The position numbers and the translations under genes were made by a program. From Nitrosopumilus sp. (GTDB taxonomy: Archaea > Thermoproteota > Nitrososphaeria > Nitrososphaerales > Nitrosopumilaceae): DNA of 64,000 nt. This document shows, one piece after another, positions 10,149-20,691 of the stretch. Location of the stretch: positions 1,344,001-1,408,000 of the forward strand of contig OZ242041.1 of the NCBI GenBank assembly GCA_965205215.1. The letters run 5' to 3'. A model generated the notes under the pieces. That model saw nothing but the letters and a program-made list of their open reading frames with translations. It made no database searches and was not told where the DNA came from. Positions within the stretch are counted from its first letter, which is position 1. Every line of letters begins with the position of its first letter.

Positions 10149-10544
10149 ATGAGGATAGACCACGTGGCAATCGCCGTAAACGATCTGGACGAGGCCGCGC
10201 GCACCTACAAGGAGGCGCTGGGGGCCGACTCCGTCGAGTTTGAGACCGTGGAGTCGGAGGGCGTCCGCGTGGGGATAATCCGCATGGAGAACGGGCGCAT
10301 AGAGCTGATGCAGCCGGTGGGCGACTCGAGCCCGATCAGAAAGTTCCTCGATACGCGCGGGCAGGGGCTGCACCACGTCGCCCTTGAGACCTCCGATATA
10401 GAGGGCGAGGTGGGCCGCATGAAGGACGCGGGCGTCAGGTTCTTGGGGGACGTCAGGCCCGGTTCTGAGGGCACCATGGTGACGTTCGTGCACCCAAAGT
10501 CGCTGTGCGGCGTGCTTGCCGAGCTGTGCTCGCACCCGAAATAG
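10149..10544 (+). CDS. mce: Methylmalonyl-CoA epimerase
   Basis: IDHVAIAV, IELMQP, GLHHVAL, FVHPKS..GVLAEL; in operon with mcmA. Confidence 0.93.
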   Translation: MRIDHVAIAVNDLDEAARTYKEALGADSVEFETVESEGVRVGIIRMENGRIELMQPVGDSSPIRKFLDTRGQGLHHVALETSDIEGEVGRMKDAGVRFLGDVRPGSEGTMVTFVHPKSLCGVLAELCSHPK

Positions 10545-11105
10545 TCATTCCATCATCTTTAGCGTGTCAGACGCCGTGATTATTCCTATTATCTTGGACT
10601 TTTTTGAGACCATTATGCACTTGGAGTAGCGTATGAGCGGAACCAGGGCCCTCGCAGGCGTGTTGTAGTCCACGATGGGGGGAGCGGGCTCCATGGCCTC
10701 CCCCAGCTTGGTGCTCTTGAGGCTGTGCTCGCCGGCATCGGTGATGCGCTTCACTATGCCGTCCTCCGTGATGACCCCGACCACCCTCGAGTCGCCCTCG
10801 AATATGGGGATCTGGCTTATGGAGTGCTCGTCCATCTTCTCTATCGCCTCGTGCAGCGTGCAGTCGGGGTTTAGTATGATCATGTCCCTGCTGCAAAAAT
10901 CGCCCGCGCGGTGGGGATCCGCCGAGTCCTCCAGCTTGGCCAGGGCGTCGAATATCTTCCTTGCGGTGTCATAGCTGGGTTTTGTGCGCCCCGACTCGAT
11001 CTGGTTTATCATTGAGGTGCTCACGCCCGTCATGTCCGCGAGCTTTTTCTGCGTGGCCCCCGCCTTGAGCCTCAGTTGCTTGATCGTGTCTATCCTCGGC
11101 AGCAC
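10545..11105 (-). CDS. XRE-type HTH plus CBS-pair transcriptional regulator
   Basis: TQKKLADMTGVSTSMINQIESG followed by a CBS pair (ISQIPI, GIITASD). Confidence 0.9.
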   Translation of the reverse strand: MLPRIDTIKQLRLKAGATQKKLADMTGVSTSMINQIESGRTKPSYDTARKIFDALAKLEDSADPHRAGDFCSRDMIILNPDCTLHEAIEKMDEHSISQIPIFEGDSRVVGVITEDGIVKRITDAGEHSLKSTKLGEAMEPAPPIVDYNTPARALVPLIRYSKCIMVSKKSKIIGIITASDTLKMME

Positions 11106-11154
11106 GGAATGGTGGAGGGGCGGTCTCTATTTTTTGTTTGTGAGAATGCGGGGG

Positions 11155-11275
11155 AGCGGTTGGAGTGAGGGGCGGTGTGGAATGGTGTGGAGTGGTGCAG
11201 TGTGAAGTGGAGCGACGTGGAGTGATGTGGGGTAATGTGTAATGATGCGGAGTGGTGTGGAGCGGAGCCGGTGCG
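11155..11275. repeat. Degenerate 5-nt-period G/T-rich microsatellite
   Basis: Runs of ggagt/ggtgt/gatgt variants in the intergenic region. Confidence 0.6.
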
Positions 11276-11287
11276 GCAGCGCTGTCA

Positions 11288-13978
11288 CTATTTTTTTCCC
11301 TTGGATTTCTTTTTTCCCTTGGAGAGCGCCTTTTGTTTGACGGCTGCCTGCGCGGCGGCCACGATCGCGATCGGTATGCGGTGCGGGGACGCGCTCACGT
11401 AGCTTAGGGACTCGTCGTGGCAGAACACGACAGAGTCGGGGTCGCCCCCGTGCTCTCCGCATATGCCGATCTCCATGTCTTTGCGGGCCTTGCGTCCTAG
11501 GAGTATGCCCTGCCTCATCAGCCGGCCCACCCCGCTTCTGTCGATTGACTGGAACGGGTTCTGCTCTAGCAGCCCCTTGTCCATGTATTCGGGCAGGAAC
11601 TTGCCCTCCACGTCCTCCCTGCTGAAGCTGAACGTGCCCTGCGTGAGGTCGTTTGTCCCAAAGCTAAAGAACTCCGCCGTCTGGGCAAGATGGTCTGCCG
11701 TCAACGCGGCCCTGACCACCTCTATCATGGTCCCGAAGTTTATGTTCAGCCTGAGCCCGCCGTTTGCCTCTTCGACCTCGCGTTTTACCTCGTCGTATAT
11801 CTGCTTGATGTGGTCCAGTTCCTCGACGCTGCTTATCTGCGGTATCATTATCTGCGGCTTTGCCTTTGTTCCCTTTTTGGCGAGCGCGGCGAGCGCCTCG
11901 AAGACGGCCCGTATCTGCATGCGGTATATCTCCGGGTATGTGACCCCAACCCTCACGCCGCGGTGCCCCATCATCGGGTTTATCTCCGCCAGCTCCCTTG
12001 CGCGCTCCAGGACGGTTCTTGCCTCCTCCAGGTCGGACTTTGACGCCTTGCCCTTGCCGCCCTCCATGCTCTTGACCTTTGCGGCCTGCGCCTCGGGGTT
12101 TGGCAGAAACTCGTGGAGCGGCGGATCAAGCAGCCTGATCGTGACAGGGTAGCCCTCCATTGCAGTTAGTATCTTTACAAAGTCGCTCTTTTGGAGCCTG
12201 CCGAGCCGCTTGAGGAGCTTTTCGCGCTGCCCCTTGTCTGCTGCCATTATCATCTTTACAAAGAGTACGAGTCTGTCGCTCTGGTTGAACATGCGTTCCG
12301 TGCGGCACAGCCCTATCCCCTGCGCCCCGTACTTGCGGGCGAGCGCGGCCGCCGCAGGCGTGTCTGCGTTGGCCCTGACGCCGAGCCTCTTTGCCTTGGC
12401 GGCCCAGTCGAGAATCTTGCTGAACTCTGGGGTGATCTCGGGCTTTATGGTGGGTATGCTCCCGGCATACACGCTGCCGGTGCTGCCGTCGATCGTAATT
12501 ATGTCGCCCTCCGATATCCGGACGCCCTCGGACGTGGTGCATCCCGTCTCCGTGATCTTGAGGTCGGCGCATCCGACTATGCACGGCTTGCCCATGCCCC
12601 TTGCTACCACCGCCGCGTGCGACGACTTGCCGCCGCGGCTGGTCAGTATTCCCAGCGATTCGAAGAACGCGGGGACGTCCTCGGGCTTTGTCTCCTCCCT
12701 TACCAGTATGACGCTGTGGCCGTCCTTGCCCATTGAGGCCGCCTTCTTGACGTCGAATATGGCCGCCCCGCTTGCGGCCCCCGGGGACGCCGCAATACCG
12801 GTGGCCAGCTTTTCATACTTTGGAATCTCAGACTGGTCGGGCATGTCGTGCAGCAGCTGCTCCAGCTGCTCCGCGTTGAGCCTGGTTATGGCCCTGTCCC
12901 TGCTTATCATCTTCTCGTTTACCATGTCTATTGACGTGCGCACCATGCTTGCCGCGTTCATCTTTGCGTTGCGGGTCTGCAGCAGGTAGAACCTGCCCTG
13001 CTCCACCGTGAACTCTATGTCCTGGGGCTCCCTGAAGTGCTTCTCAAGCATGCTGCACGTCTTTTCAAGCTGCCTGTATGACTCGGGCATCTCCGACTTC
13101 ATCTCGCTCACGTGCTTGCCGGTCCTTACGCCGGCCACCACGTCCTCGCCCTGGGCGTCCTGGAGGTAGTCGCCGTAGATCTGCCTTGAGCCGTCGCCGG
13201 GGTTTCTCGTGAATACTACGCCCGTGGCGCTGTCACTTCCCATGTTGCCAAACACCATGGCCACCACGTTGACCGCGGTGCCGGCCGCAATGTCCTTTGT
13301 AATCTTGTTCTTTGCGCGGTATACTATTGCCCTCTCCCCCATCCAGCTGTCAAACACGGCCGTAATTGCCAGCTCCAGCTGGGCCGTCGGGTCCGCCGGA
13401 AACTCGTGCCCGCTGTCGGCGCATATTTTTTTGAACGATACGGTGATCTCCTCCAGCGCGCCGGCGTCCAGGTCCGAGTCGTTCTCTGCACCCTTCTCCT
13501 TTTTCTTTGCGTTCATCACGTTGTCGAACAGCCTGTCGTCTATGCCGAACACGACCTTGCCGAAGAGCTGGACGAACCTCCTGTAAGAGTCCCATGCAAA
13601 CCTCGGGTTGGAGCTCTTCGCGGCAAGCCCCCTGACGGTCTCGTCGTTGAGGCCCAGATTCAGTATGGTGTCCATCATGCCGGGCATTGATATCGCGGCC
13701 CCGGACCTGACTGATACGAGCAGCGGGTTGTCCGGCGAGCCCCACTCCTTTCCGGTCTTCTTTGCCACCCGCGCTATGTGCTTTGAGACCTTTGTCATCA
13801 GGCCCCTTGGGAGGCTTTTGCCGTTTCGGTAGTATGCGTCGCATACCTGGGTGGTGATGGTGAATCCTGGCGGGACGGGCAGCTTCAGCCTGGTCATCTC
13901 GCAGAGCCCGGCGCCCTTGCCGCCCAGCAGCTTGCGGTTCTGCCCGTCGCCCTCTTCAAACGCGTATATCTCTTTCAT
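11288..13978 (-). CDS. ppdK: Pyruvate, phosphate dikinase
   Basis: LLGGKGAGL, LLVSVRSGA.ISMPGMMDT, GGKSSHAAVVARG, GLCRTE, FSFGTNDLTQ, GICGEHGG. Confidence 0.97.
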   Translation of the reverse strand: MKEIYAFEEGDGQNRKLLGGKGAGLCEMTRLKLPVPPGFTITTQVCDAYYRNGKSLPRGLMTKVSKHIARVAKKTGKEWGSPDNPLLVSVRSGAAISMPGMMDTILNLGLNDETVRGLAAKSSNPRFAWDSYRRFVQLFGKVVFGIDDRLFDNVMNAKKKEKGAENDSDLDAGALEEITVSFKKICADSGHEFPADPTAQLELAITAVFDSWMGERAIVYRAKNKITKDIAAGTAVNVVAMVFGNMGSDSATGVVFTRNPGDGSRQIYGDYLQDAQGEDVVAGVRTGKHVSEMKSEMPESYRQLEKTCSMLEKHFREPQDIEFTVEQGRFYLLQTRNAKMNAASMVRTSIDMVNEKMISRDRAITRLNAEQLEQLLHDMPDQSEIPKYEKLATGIAASPGAASGAAIFDVKKAASMGKDGHSVILVREETKPEDVPAFFESLGILTSRGGKSSHAAVVARGMGKPCIVGCADLKITETGCTTSEGVRISEGDIITIDGSTGSVYAGSIPTIKPEITPEFSKILDWAAKAKRLGVRANADTPAAAALARKYGAQGIGLCRTERMFNQSDRLVLFVKMIMAADKGQREKLLKRLGRLQKSDFVKILTAMEGYPVTIRLLDPPLHEFLPNPEAQAAKVKSMEGGKGKASKSDLEEARTVLERARELAEINPMMGHRGVRVGVTYPEIYRMQIRAVFEALAALAKKGTKAKPQIMIPQISSVEELDHIKQIYDEVKREVEEANGGLRLNINFGTMIEVVRAALTADHLAQTAEFFSFGTNDLTQGTFSFSREDVEGKFLPEYMDKGLLEQNPFQSIDRSGVGRLMRQGILLGRKARKDMEIGICGEHGGDPDSVVFCHDESLSYVSASPHRIPIAIVAAAQAAVKQKALSKGKKKSKGKK

Positions 13979-14065
13979 GTGCCGCATTGACGGGGGCCTC
14001 CAAGGGTGTATTAAACCAACTAACCGTGCCTGGCCCCGGTGTGGCGGCCGGGCGCCGGCACCCGA

Positions 14066-14869
14066 TCAGCGCGCGGAGAGCGGTCCTGCAAGATCCATTA
14101 TGGCACTCCTCCACTGCGCCGGACCCCTCTTTATTATGCCGCTTGCGACCAGGATGCCCGCCGAGCCCAGCTCCACCGCCTTTGCAACGTCGGCGCCCGA
14201 GACCACGCCGGCCCCGCAGAGCAGCTGCGGTCTTGCGTGTGTTGTTGCCGTTATTGATGATGGCGATGACGGTTCTCTCGACGCCGCACTCGCGCGCGGT
14301 GGTTCTGACACCGCCCTTGCAGCGCCCGATATGATCTCCGGCCTTTCGGTGGAGACCGCCCTTCCCGAACCGATAAGCTCTGGAGGCTCAATGGCCACGT
14401 AGTCCGGGCCGAGCGGTACATACTTTCTGAGTTCCCTGACGTTGCGGACGCAGAGAATGGACATCATGCCCGCGTCGCGCAGCCTTTTGACTGTGGCCGC
14501 AATCTCTGCAGGCCTGATTCTGTGTTCGCTGTGGTTTATTATGCTGCCTTCGGCCCCTGCCGCCTTTAGCAGCTCGGGTATCACGTATCCGGTGGTGCTC
14601 CCGGCAGGCTGGACGTCTGCGTGCTGCGAGAGTATGCGCAGCGGCAGGCGGCGGCGAGGGCGGCGGCGCGATGAGGAGGGGCCGGCGCCGCGCCGTTCCC
14701 TCGCTATGGATGCGGCCTCCTCTGCTGCCACCCCGATCATATGCTGCGGGGGCGCCACACATACCTCGACGCCCAGCTTGGCCGCGGCGCTGTCCGCCGC
14801 TCTGACCAGCCTTCTGACTCTCGGTGCGGTCGCCACCTCCGCGTAGTTTTTGCAGTTTATGACAAGCAT
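14066..14869 (-). CDS. tpiA: Archaeal triosephosphate isomerase
   Basis: INCKNY, INHSEHR, AIEPPELIGSG, LCGAGV, GILVASG. Confidence 0.95.
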   Translation of the reverse strand: MLVINCKNYAEVATAPRVRRLVRAADSAAAKLGVEVCVAPPQHMIGVAAEEAASIARERRGAGPSSSRRRPRRRLPLRILSQHADVQPAGSTTGYVIPELLKAAGAEGSIINHSEHRIRPAEIAATVKRLRDAGMMSILCVRNVRELRKYVPLGPDYVAIEPPELIGSGRAVSTERPEIISGAARAVSEPPRASAASREPSSPSSITATTHARPQLLCGAGVVSGADVAKAVELGSAGILVASGIIKRGPAQWRSAIMDLAGPLSAR

Positions 14870-14956
14870 TACGTCCCCGGTTGGTAATGCCCGCTGTTGA
14901 TTATTATATGATGCGTGCCGCCCTGCCGCCCTGCCGCTGCAACGTCTGCCATCCGG

Positions 14957-15262
14957 TCAGGCAGGGCCGGCCGCCGCCCTGGACCTGCGCGCATACGCCT
15001 TCTTCATCATCAGGACCGTGATCATCAGGATCACGGCGGCCACGTTCGTTCCTACTATGAAGACGTCGGACACGAACACGCCGTATAGCGCCCACAGGAC
15101 GGCCCCGGCCCCGATGAATATCATCAGGTAGTTTGAGACGTCCCTCAGGTGCTTTGTCTTGTACCCTTTGTAGATCTGCTCGACCCATCCGGCCAGTATC
15201 AGCACGCCGGCCAGTATCCCTATCACGTGCAGTATGTAGTCGTCGACCAGGTGGTGCTCCAC
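14957..15262 (-). CDS. SemiSWEET/PQ-loop (MtN3-like) small membrane protein
   Basis: Three hydrophobic helices with QIYKGYKTKHLRDVS and LWALYG; GTG start just after the polB stop. Confidence 0.75.
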   Translation of the reverse strand: MEHHLVDDYILHVIGILAGVLILAGWVEQIYKGYKTKHLRDVSNYLMIFIGAGAVLWALYGVFVSDVFIVGTNVAAVILMITVLMMKKAYARRSRAAAGPA

Positions 15263-15266
15263 AGGA

Positions 15267-17837
15267 TCATCCCCAGAAGAACTGGTCGAGCCCTGACTGT
15301 TTTGGCTTTTTGAGTATGACGTCAAAGTCCATGTCCATCGTGGACGTGACCTGCTCCAGGGTCGACTCGAGAAACTCCGCGTACTTTGTCGTGTCAATCT
15401 CGCCCTTGCGCGCAATCTCAAGCGGCCTCACCCCGGGCTTTCCGATGGTCTTTACAAACGAGATCCTGTCGCCCCTCTTCAGCTCCCTTTTGCCTTCAAG
15501 CTGGCGCGCGGCCCTGATGTGCTGCGGCTGCGTCTTTGTGTACTCTGACGGCGCCTTGCTGAGCATCATGCTAAATGCCATCTCGTCGAGGGGTATCTCC
15601 AGGTTCTCTATCTTCTTGCCGCATTCTTGTATCATCTTCGATATCCCGCCTTTTGCCTGCTCGAACTCCTCGGGGCTCTGCACGCCGGCCAGCACCCCGA
15701 GTATGTCTGCAAACAGCTTCCTGATGAACGGCGGCGTGTGCGACTTTTTGCCGGTCAGCCCCTTTACGTCCACCTGGCCTGACTTTGAGACCCCGAGGTA
15801 GTTCTTCTTTCGGTTGCTCAGGACGCAGTACCTGTACTCTTTGTCGATCTCCAGGTCGACCCCGTGGTCCTTTTTGGCCTCGTCTATCATGTACTGTACC
15901 TGCTCTGTCGTGGGGCTCTTGATGAACAGCGAGTCCGTGTCCCCGTACAGCACGTCGACGCCGGCGTCCTTGCTCTTCTTTATGGTCTCCAGTATGGTGT
16001 GCCTGCCTATGGCCGTGGTGGCCTCGGCGGCGGGCAGAAAGTACAGGGGGAATATGTCCGCCCCCATCACGCCGTAGCTTGCGTTGAGTATCACCTTGAG
16101 CGCCTGGCTTACCGCCGTGTACTGCTGGCGCTGCACCTCCGTGAGCGTCTCCTTTCTTGACAGGCTCTTGTAGTAGTTGACCCTCAGGTCGCGCAGCGAC
16201 CCTATTATCTCCGACGTGATCCCGTTCCTCTTCGAGCACGCCCAGTGCTTTGTCTGGGGTATCGAGTTCTTGCGGCACTCGGGGTGGGGGCACCTGACCG
16301 TCTCGTAGGACAGGTTGCGCACCTTTATGATGCTCGGGTACAGGCTTGCAAAGTCCATTACGACGACGTCAAAGTGGACGCCGCTCTGCGGCTCCACCAC
16401 GAGGCCGCCCCTGTACTTTTTGTCCTTTATGACCGCGTCTGCCGTGACGTCTTCTGTGCGCTTTGCAAGCTCGTCCCTCTTTGGTATGATGCAGTCGCGG
16501 ACGCGATGTTCATAGTACAGCAGGCTGCGGATCCACTGCGAGACCCCGAGCCTTGCGATGTCGTCAATGGGCATCCTCCCGATTCGCGATATGGTCACAA
16601 GCAGGTTCATCAGTATGCCGTCCCCGAAGCTGGTCAGCTCGTACGTGAGCAGCGCGTCGTGGTAGCAGTAGTTGGCAGTCTGGTAGAGTGACATCTCGTC
16701 AAACTTCAGTCCGTAGTCTATCTTCTGCTTGCCGAGCAGCGCCACTGAGACGCTGTTGAGTGAAAAGTCCGTGTATTTCTGGCCGAACGCGTATATCTGG
16801 AACGAGCGGTTGGACATGGTCTTGTACAGGTCTATGTGTACGCCCCGCTTGAGTGTGGCCGAGTCCTTTAGCATGTGCAGCGGGTTGTCCTCGTTTTTTA
16901 TGCCGAGCCTGTCCGCCCTGTTGTACAGGTACGGCAGGTCAAAGTCGTCTCCGTTGTATGTGAGTATGAACGGGTACGACTCCATTATCTCAAACGCGTC
17001 CCGTATCATCTGCGCCTCGCAGTCCGGCTCGTAGAACTCGACCTTGATGTCAGGCCCAAGCTCGTTTGTGCCCTCCGGCGTGCCGGGCGTCTTTAGCACC
17101 AGCACGCGCCCGAACCCGTCCGTGCCGGCAAGGCCTATCGCGGTTACCGTGTTGTCTGCAATCTTGGAGTCCGGCAGCCTGCCCTCGACTGACTCGACCT
17201 CTATGTCCACGCTCAGCCGCTTTATCTCCGGTATGGGCTGGTTGAGCAGGTCGGCCCAGTCCGATATGCACTTGCGAAACTCCGCCTCGTCGACCATGCT
17301 TCCGCTGTCCACCTTGTCCCACAGCAGGCTCTTGAGCGCCAGGCTCACCTCGTCGGATATCTCGATGTCGACGGGCTCGAGCTTGCCTTCCTGCGCCTTG
17401 TAATACCTGCCTACGACAATCCGCCTGTCGTACAGGTACGTCTCGTAGTACTTGATGTCTGACTCCCACGTCTCTATTATGTCGCGTACGCTCCTCTCCA
17501 TATCGCCTCCGTAGGGCTTGCCGCCTATCGCGAGCGGATCGCCCGCGGTTATCTTTGAGACTTCCATCATGCAGTCGTCGGCCAGGCTGTACTTTTTGAC
17601 GCGGCTGATGTCCAGTATGTCGCCCCTTGATTCCAGATGCCCTAGCTCCTCCGGGCTAAGCTTTGAGTAGCAGTATGGCTTGTGCCCCGTCTCATCCCAC
17701 CACAGGTACAGTTCCTTGGACTCTGGATCGTAGAACTTCAGCAGCGCCTTTTTGGAGGCGCCGTCGTACGCGGCGGAGACCAGCATGGAGGGGGGCATCG
17801 ATTTCGGGTTTGAGGATTCGCCGATGTTCACGCGCAT
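15267..17837 (-). CDS. polB: Family B DNA polymerase
   Basis: Exonuclease DIE and YNGDDFD; DFASLYPS, KVILNASYG, YGDTDS; C-terminal PIP box QSGLDQFF. Confidence 0.97.
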   Translation of the reverse strand: MRVNIGESSNPKSMPPSMLVSAAYDGASKKALLKFYDPESKELYLWWDETGHKPYCYSKLSPEELGHLESRGDILDISRVKKYSLADDCMMEVSKITAGDPLAIGGKPYGGDMERSVRDIIETWESDIKYYETYLYDRRIVVGRYYKAQEGKLEPVDIEISDEVSLALKSLLWDKVDSGSMVDEAEFRKCISDWADLLNQPIPEIKRLSVDIEVESVEGRLPDSKIADNTVTAIGLAGTDGFGRVLVLKTPGTPEGTNELGPDIKVEFYEPDCEAQMIRDAFEIMESYPFILTYNGDDFDLPYLYNRADRLGIKNEDNPLHMLKDSATLKRGVHIDLYKTMSNRSFQIYAFGQKYTDFSLNSVSVALLGKQKIDYGLKFDEMSLYQTANYCYHDALLTYELTSFGDGILMNLLVTISRIGRMPIDDIARLGVSQWIRSLLYYEHRVRDCIIPKRDELAKRTEDVTADAVIKDKKYRGGLVVEPQSGVHFDVVVMDFASLYPSIIKVRNLSYETVRCPHPECRKNSIPQTKHWACSKRNGITSEIIGSLRDLRVNYYKSLSRKETLTEVQRQQYTAVSQALKVILNASYGVMGADIFPLYFLPAAEATTAIGRHTILETIKKSKDAGVDVLYGDTDSLFIKSPTTEQVQYMIDEAKKDHGVDLEIDKEYRYCVLSNRKKNYLGVSKSGQVDVKGLTGKKSHTPPFIRKLFADILGVLAGVQSPEEFEQAKGGISKMIQECGKKIENLEIPLDEMAFSMMLSKAPSEYTKTQPQHIRAARQLEGKRELKRGDRISFVKTIGKPGVRPLEIARKGEIDTTKYAEFLESTLEQVTSTMDMDFDVILKKPKQSGLDQFFWG

Positions 17838-18487
17838 TTTGCGGCATCGCCCCCCACCTCTCCTGTTTGCTCTTCTCCCTCTCTCCCTCCTGCACCAGCC
17901 CCGTTTTGCGCGCCTGCCCCCGCGACGTTGGCAGTCCCACCGACTGCCGGGGCCGGCTCCGCGCGTTCGTCTGATATTATCTGCCTTGCCCACCTGTCTA
18001 TCCTGCTGCGGTCTATCTTCTGTATGGTCACCCCGGCCTCGCGCGTCAGCTGGCTTGCGCTCTCCGTGTAGTCCTCCAGGCACACGAACCTCCTGATTCC
18101 TATCGTAATTGCCATCTTCGTGCACTCGAGGCAGGGCACGTACGTGGTGTACAGCGTGGCGCTGCTCGCCGAGGACGCCTCTATGCCCAGTATGGCGCAG
18201 TGCATTATGGCGTTTGCCTCCGCGTGGTTGCACAGGCAGCGTTCCAGATCCTCGCCTGATGCGACGAGTCCCTTCATGCGCTTCTGGCACCTGTCGCAGC
18301 CCCCCTCGTAGCAGTTCCTTATGCCCGGCGGAGTCCCGTTGTACCCCGTTGCGATCTGGCGGCGGTCCCTCACGATCACGGCCCCCACCTTGCGCGCAAT
18401 GCAGTTTGAGCGGAGCTTTGCAAGCTCTGCCTGCAGCATAAAGTATTCGTCCCAGTCGGGCCTGTCAAACCTGTCGCCTTCTTCCAT
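17828..18487 (-). CDS. dCMP deaminase
   Basis: RPDWDEYFM, TGYNGTP, HAEANAI, PCLEC. Confidence 0.93.
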   Translation of the reverse strand: MEEGDRFDRPDWDEYFMLQAELAKLRSNCIARKVGAVIVRDRRQIATGYNGTPPGIRNCYEGGCDRCQKRMKGLVASGEDLERCLCNHAEANAIMHCAILGIEASSASSATLYTTYVPCLECTKMAITIGIRRFVCLEDYTESASQLTREAGVTIQKIDRSRIDRWARQIISDERAEPAPAVGGTANVAGAGAQNGAGAGGREGEEQTGEVGGDAAKCA

Positions 18488-18592
18488 CTTGCTTGGTCTC
18501 TGATGCGATTCGGTATTATGTATAGCGATGCGGCGGCCGGCGCGCGCCGCCCAGACCACAAGGATAAAAAAACTCCACGCCGCCTTGCGGGC

Positions 18593-20275
18593 GTGACGCG
18601 ATACGTGGAGATGCGGTATGTGCGAAAAAACACGATCGAGCATCGCGAGTACCAGGTGAACGTGGCGGAGCAGGCATCAAGGGAGAACTGTGTCGTGGTG
18701 CTCCCGACCGGGTTGGGAAAGACCGCCGTCGCCCTCCAGGTCATAGCGTCGCACATGGCGTCCTGCTCTGGTGACGGCCCCGCCGCGGTTCTGTTCCTGG
18801 CCCCGACCCGCGTGCTGGTAAACCAGCACCATGAGTTTTTGCAAAACGCGCTCACCATAGACGACATCTCGATTGTCACGGGCGAGGACGCCGCGGCAAG
18901 GCGCAAGAAGCTGTGGGGCGCCAGCGTCGTGTGCGCCACGCCCGAAATCGCAAGAAATGATCTCAGACGGGGGATGATATCCCCCGACACGTTTGGGCTG
19001 GTGATATTCGACGAGGCCCACCGCACCGTGGGCGACTATGCCTACTCTGCGATCGCCCAGATGCTAGAGCCGGCCGGCCCCCGCATCCTCGGAATGACTG
19101 CCACGCTGCCAAGCGACAAGGACAGGGCGACGGAGATAATGGCCAGGCTGCACATCGCAAGCGTGGCCGAGCGCAACGAGTCGAGCCCCGACGTAAGGCC
19201 GTACGTGCAGAAGACGGAGACCGAGTGGTTTCAAGTAGACCTGACGCCCGAGCTCAGGGAGATGCAGTCCCTCCTGAAGAGGGCGCTAAAGTCCCGGTGC
19301 GAGACTCTCAGGGCCCGCCGCGTCAGCGTGGGCGAGGACCCGTCCCTCTCAAGCCTGCTGCGCCTGCGCGACTATGTCCTGCGGCGCAACCGCGGGGCCG
19401 CCACGCCGCTGTTTGCCGCGATACGCATACACTACGCGCTGAGCATTCTGGAGGCCCACGGCATCACGCCGTTTCTAAAGTTCTGCGAGAGGGCGCGCAA
19501 GAAAAAGGGCTCGGGCGTCAGGGCGCTCTTCGAGGCCGACGCTGACTTTGCGCAGGCGCTCAGACTCGCAGACAGGGCAAAGAGGGGCGGCATCGAGCAC
19601 CCGAAGATTGCAAAGCTGACCGAGCTGGTCGGCGGCATAGACGGCAAGATCCTGATATTCACGAGCTATAGGGACTCTGTAGACATGATATGCGAGGCGC
19701 TTGACGGGATGGGCGTGTCGTCCGGCAAGCTGATAGGAAAGGCGGGGCAGACCGGGCTAAAACAGAAGCAGCAGGTGGAGGCGGTGAGGCGGTTCCGGGA
19801 CGGGGAGTTCCGCATAATGGTGGCCACGCGGGTGGGCGAGGAGGGGCTTGACATCTCCGAGGTAAACCACGTCATCTTTTATGACAACGTGCCAAGCTCG
19901 ATAAGGTACGTGCAGAGGAGGGGCCGGACGGGCCGCCGGACGGTCGGCCGCCTGATCGTCTTGATTGCAAAGGGGACCATAGACGAGACGTACTATTGGA
20001 TAGGCAAGCGCAAGATCAAGATTGCAGAGTCCATGGGGGGCACGATGTCCGGGATGCTTGACCTCAACAGGCAGGGCGGGGGCGATGATGATGGTGGTGA
20101 TGATGATGCTGTTGTTGCCGTTGGCGACGACTATGATGATGATGGTGGTGGTGGTGATGATGATGATGATGATAGTGGCGATAGCGACAACGGCGGCCGG
20201 GGACGCGCCTCCGCCCGCGGCGCCTCGGGCGCAAAGCAGCCCGTTGCCGAGGGGGGGCTTGACGAGTACCTCTAG
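18593..20275 (+). CDS. Hef/FANCM-like DEAH helicase without nuclease domain
   Basis: REYQ, LPTGLGKT, DEAH, TAT, GEEGLDI, QRRGRTGR; acidic Gly/Asp tail. Confidence 0.92.
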   Translation: MTRYVEMRYVRKNTIEHREYQVNVAEQASRENCVVVLPTGLGKTAVALQVIASHMASCSGDGPAAVLFLAPTRVLVNQHHEFLQNALTIDDISIVTGEDAAARRKKLWGASVVCATPEIARNDLRRGMISPDTFGLVIFDEAHRTVGDYAYSAIAQMLEPAGPRILGMTATLPSDKDRATEIMARLHIASVAERNESSPDVRPYVQKTETEWFQVDLTPELREMQSLLKRALKSRCETLRARRVSVGEDPSLSSLLRLRDYVLRRNRGAATPLFAAIRIHYALSILEAHGITPFLKFCERARKKKGSGVRALFEADADFAQALRLADRAKRGGIEHPKIAKLTELVGGIDGKILIFTSYRDSVDMICEALDGMGVSSGKLIGKAGQTGLKQKQQVEAVRRFRDGEFRIMVATRVGEEGLDISEVNHVIFYDNVPSSIRYVQRRGRTGRRTVGRLIVLIAKGTIDETYYWIGKRKIKIAESMGGTMSGMLDLNRQGGGDDDGGDDDAVVAVGDDYDDDGGGGDDDDDDSGDSDNGGRGRASARGASGAKQPVAEGGLDEYL

Positions 20276-20296
20276 CGGTTCCCGGCCGACGTCCCC

Positions 20297-20572
20297 TCAT
20301 GCGGTCCTCTTGATTATGTGGTAGCCGTACTCTGACTTTACGGGTTCTGACACCTGTCCCACCTGGAGCTTAAAGGCGGCCTCCTCAAACGACTTTACCA
20401 TCTTGCCCCTGGCAAAGTATCCCAGGTTTCCATCCCTCTTTGCACTCGGCGCGTCAGCAGACACCTCCTTTGCAAGCTTGCCGAACTTTTCACCGGCTCC
20501 GAGCCTCTCCATTACGGACAGGGCCTCGCTCTGCTTTGCAACCAAAATGTGAGAGCACTTTATCTTTTGCAT
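20297..20572 (-). CDS. Parvulin-type peptidyl-prolyl isomerase
   Basis: [32 protein letters not shown]. Confidence 0.93.
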   Translation of the reverse strand: MQKIKCSHILVAKQSEALSVMERLGAGEKFGKLAKEVSADAPSAKRDGNLGYFARGKMVKSFEEAAFKLQVGQVSEPVKSEYGYHIIKRTA

Positions 20573-20691
20573 GCAGCGTCGACGCGCAATCGGTATATTA
20601 TTTGATCGCACGCGGCCTCAGAAAAGCGCGGCCGGGACAAAGGCCGAAAGATGCTGTTAAGATTTTTAATACCGCGTGCAGGCCTTTTTGC

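Noticed and set aside
15267-17837. Intein in PolB (or in the other enzyme insertions)
   Set aside because: PolB length is normal; the inserts are short, low-complexity and lack splice-junction motifs
20022-20324. Poly-His and poly-Met ORFs
   Set aside because: Alternate-frame readings of the GAT-rich tail of the Hef helicase
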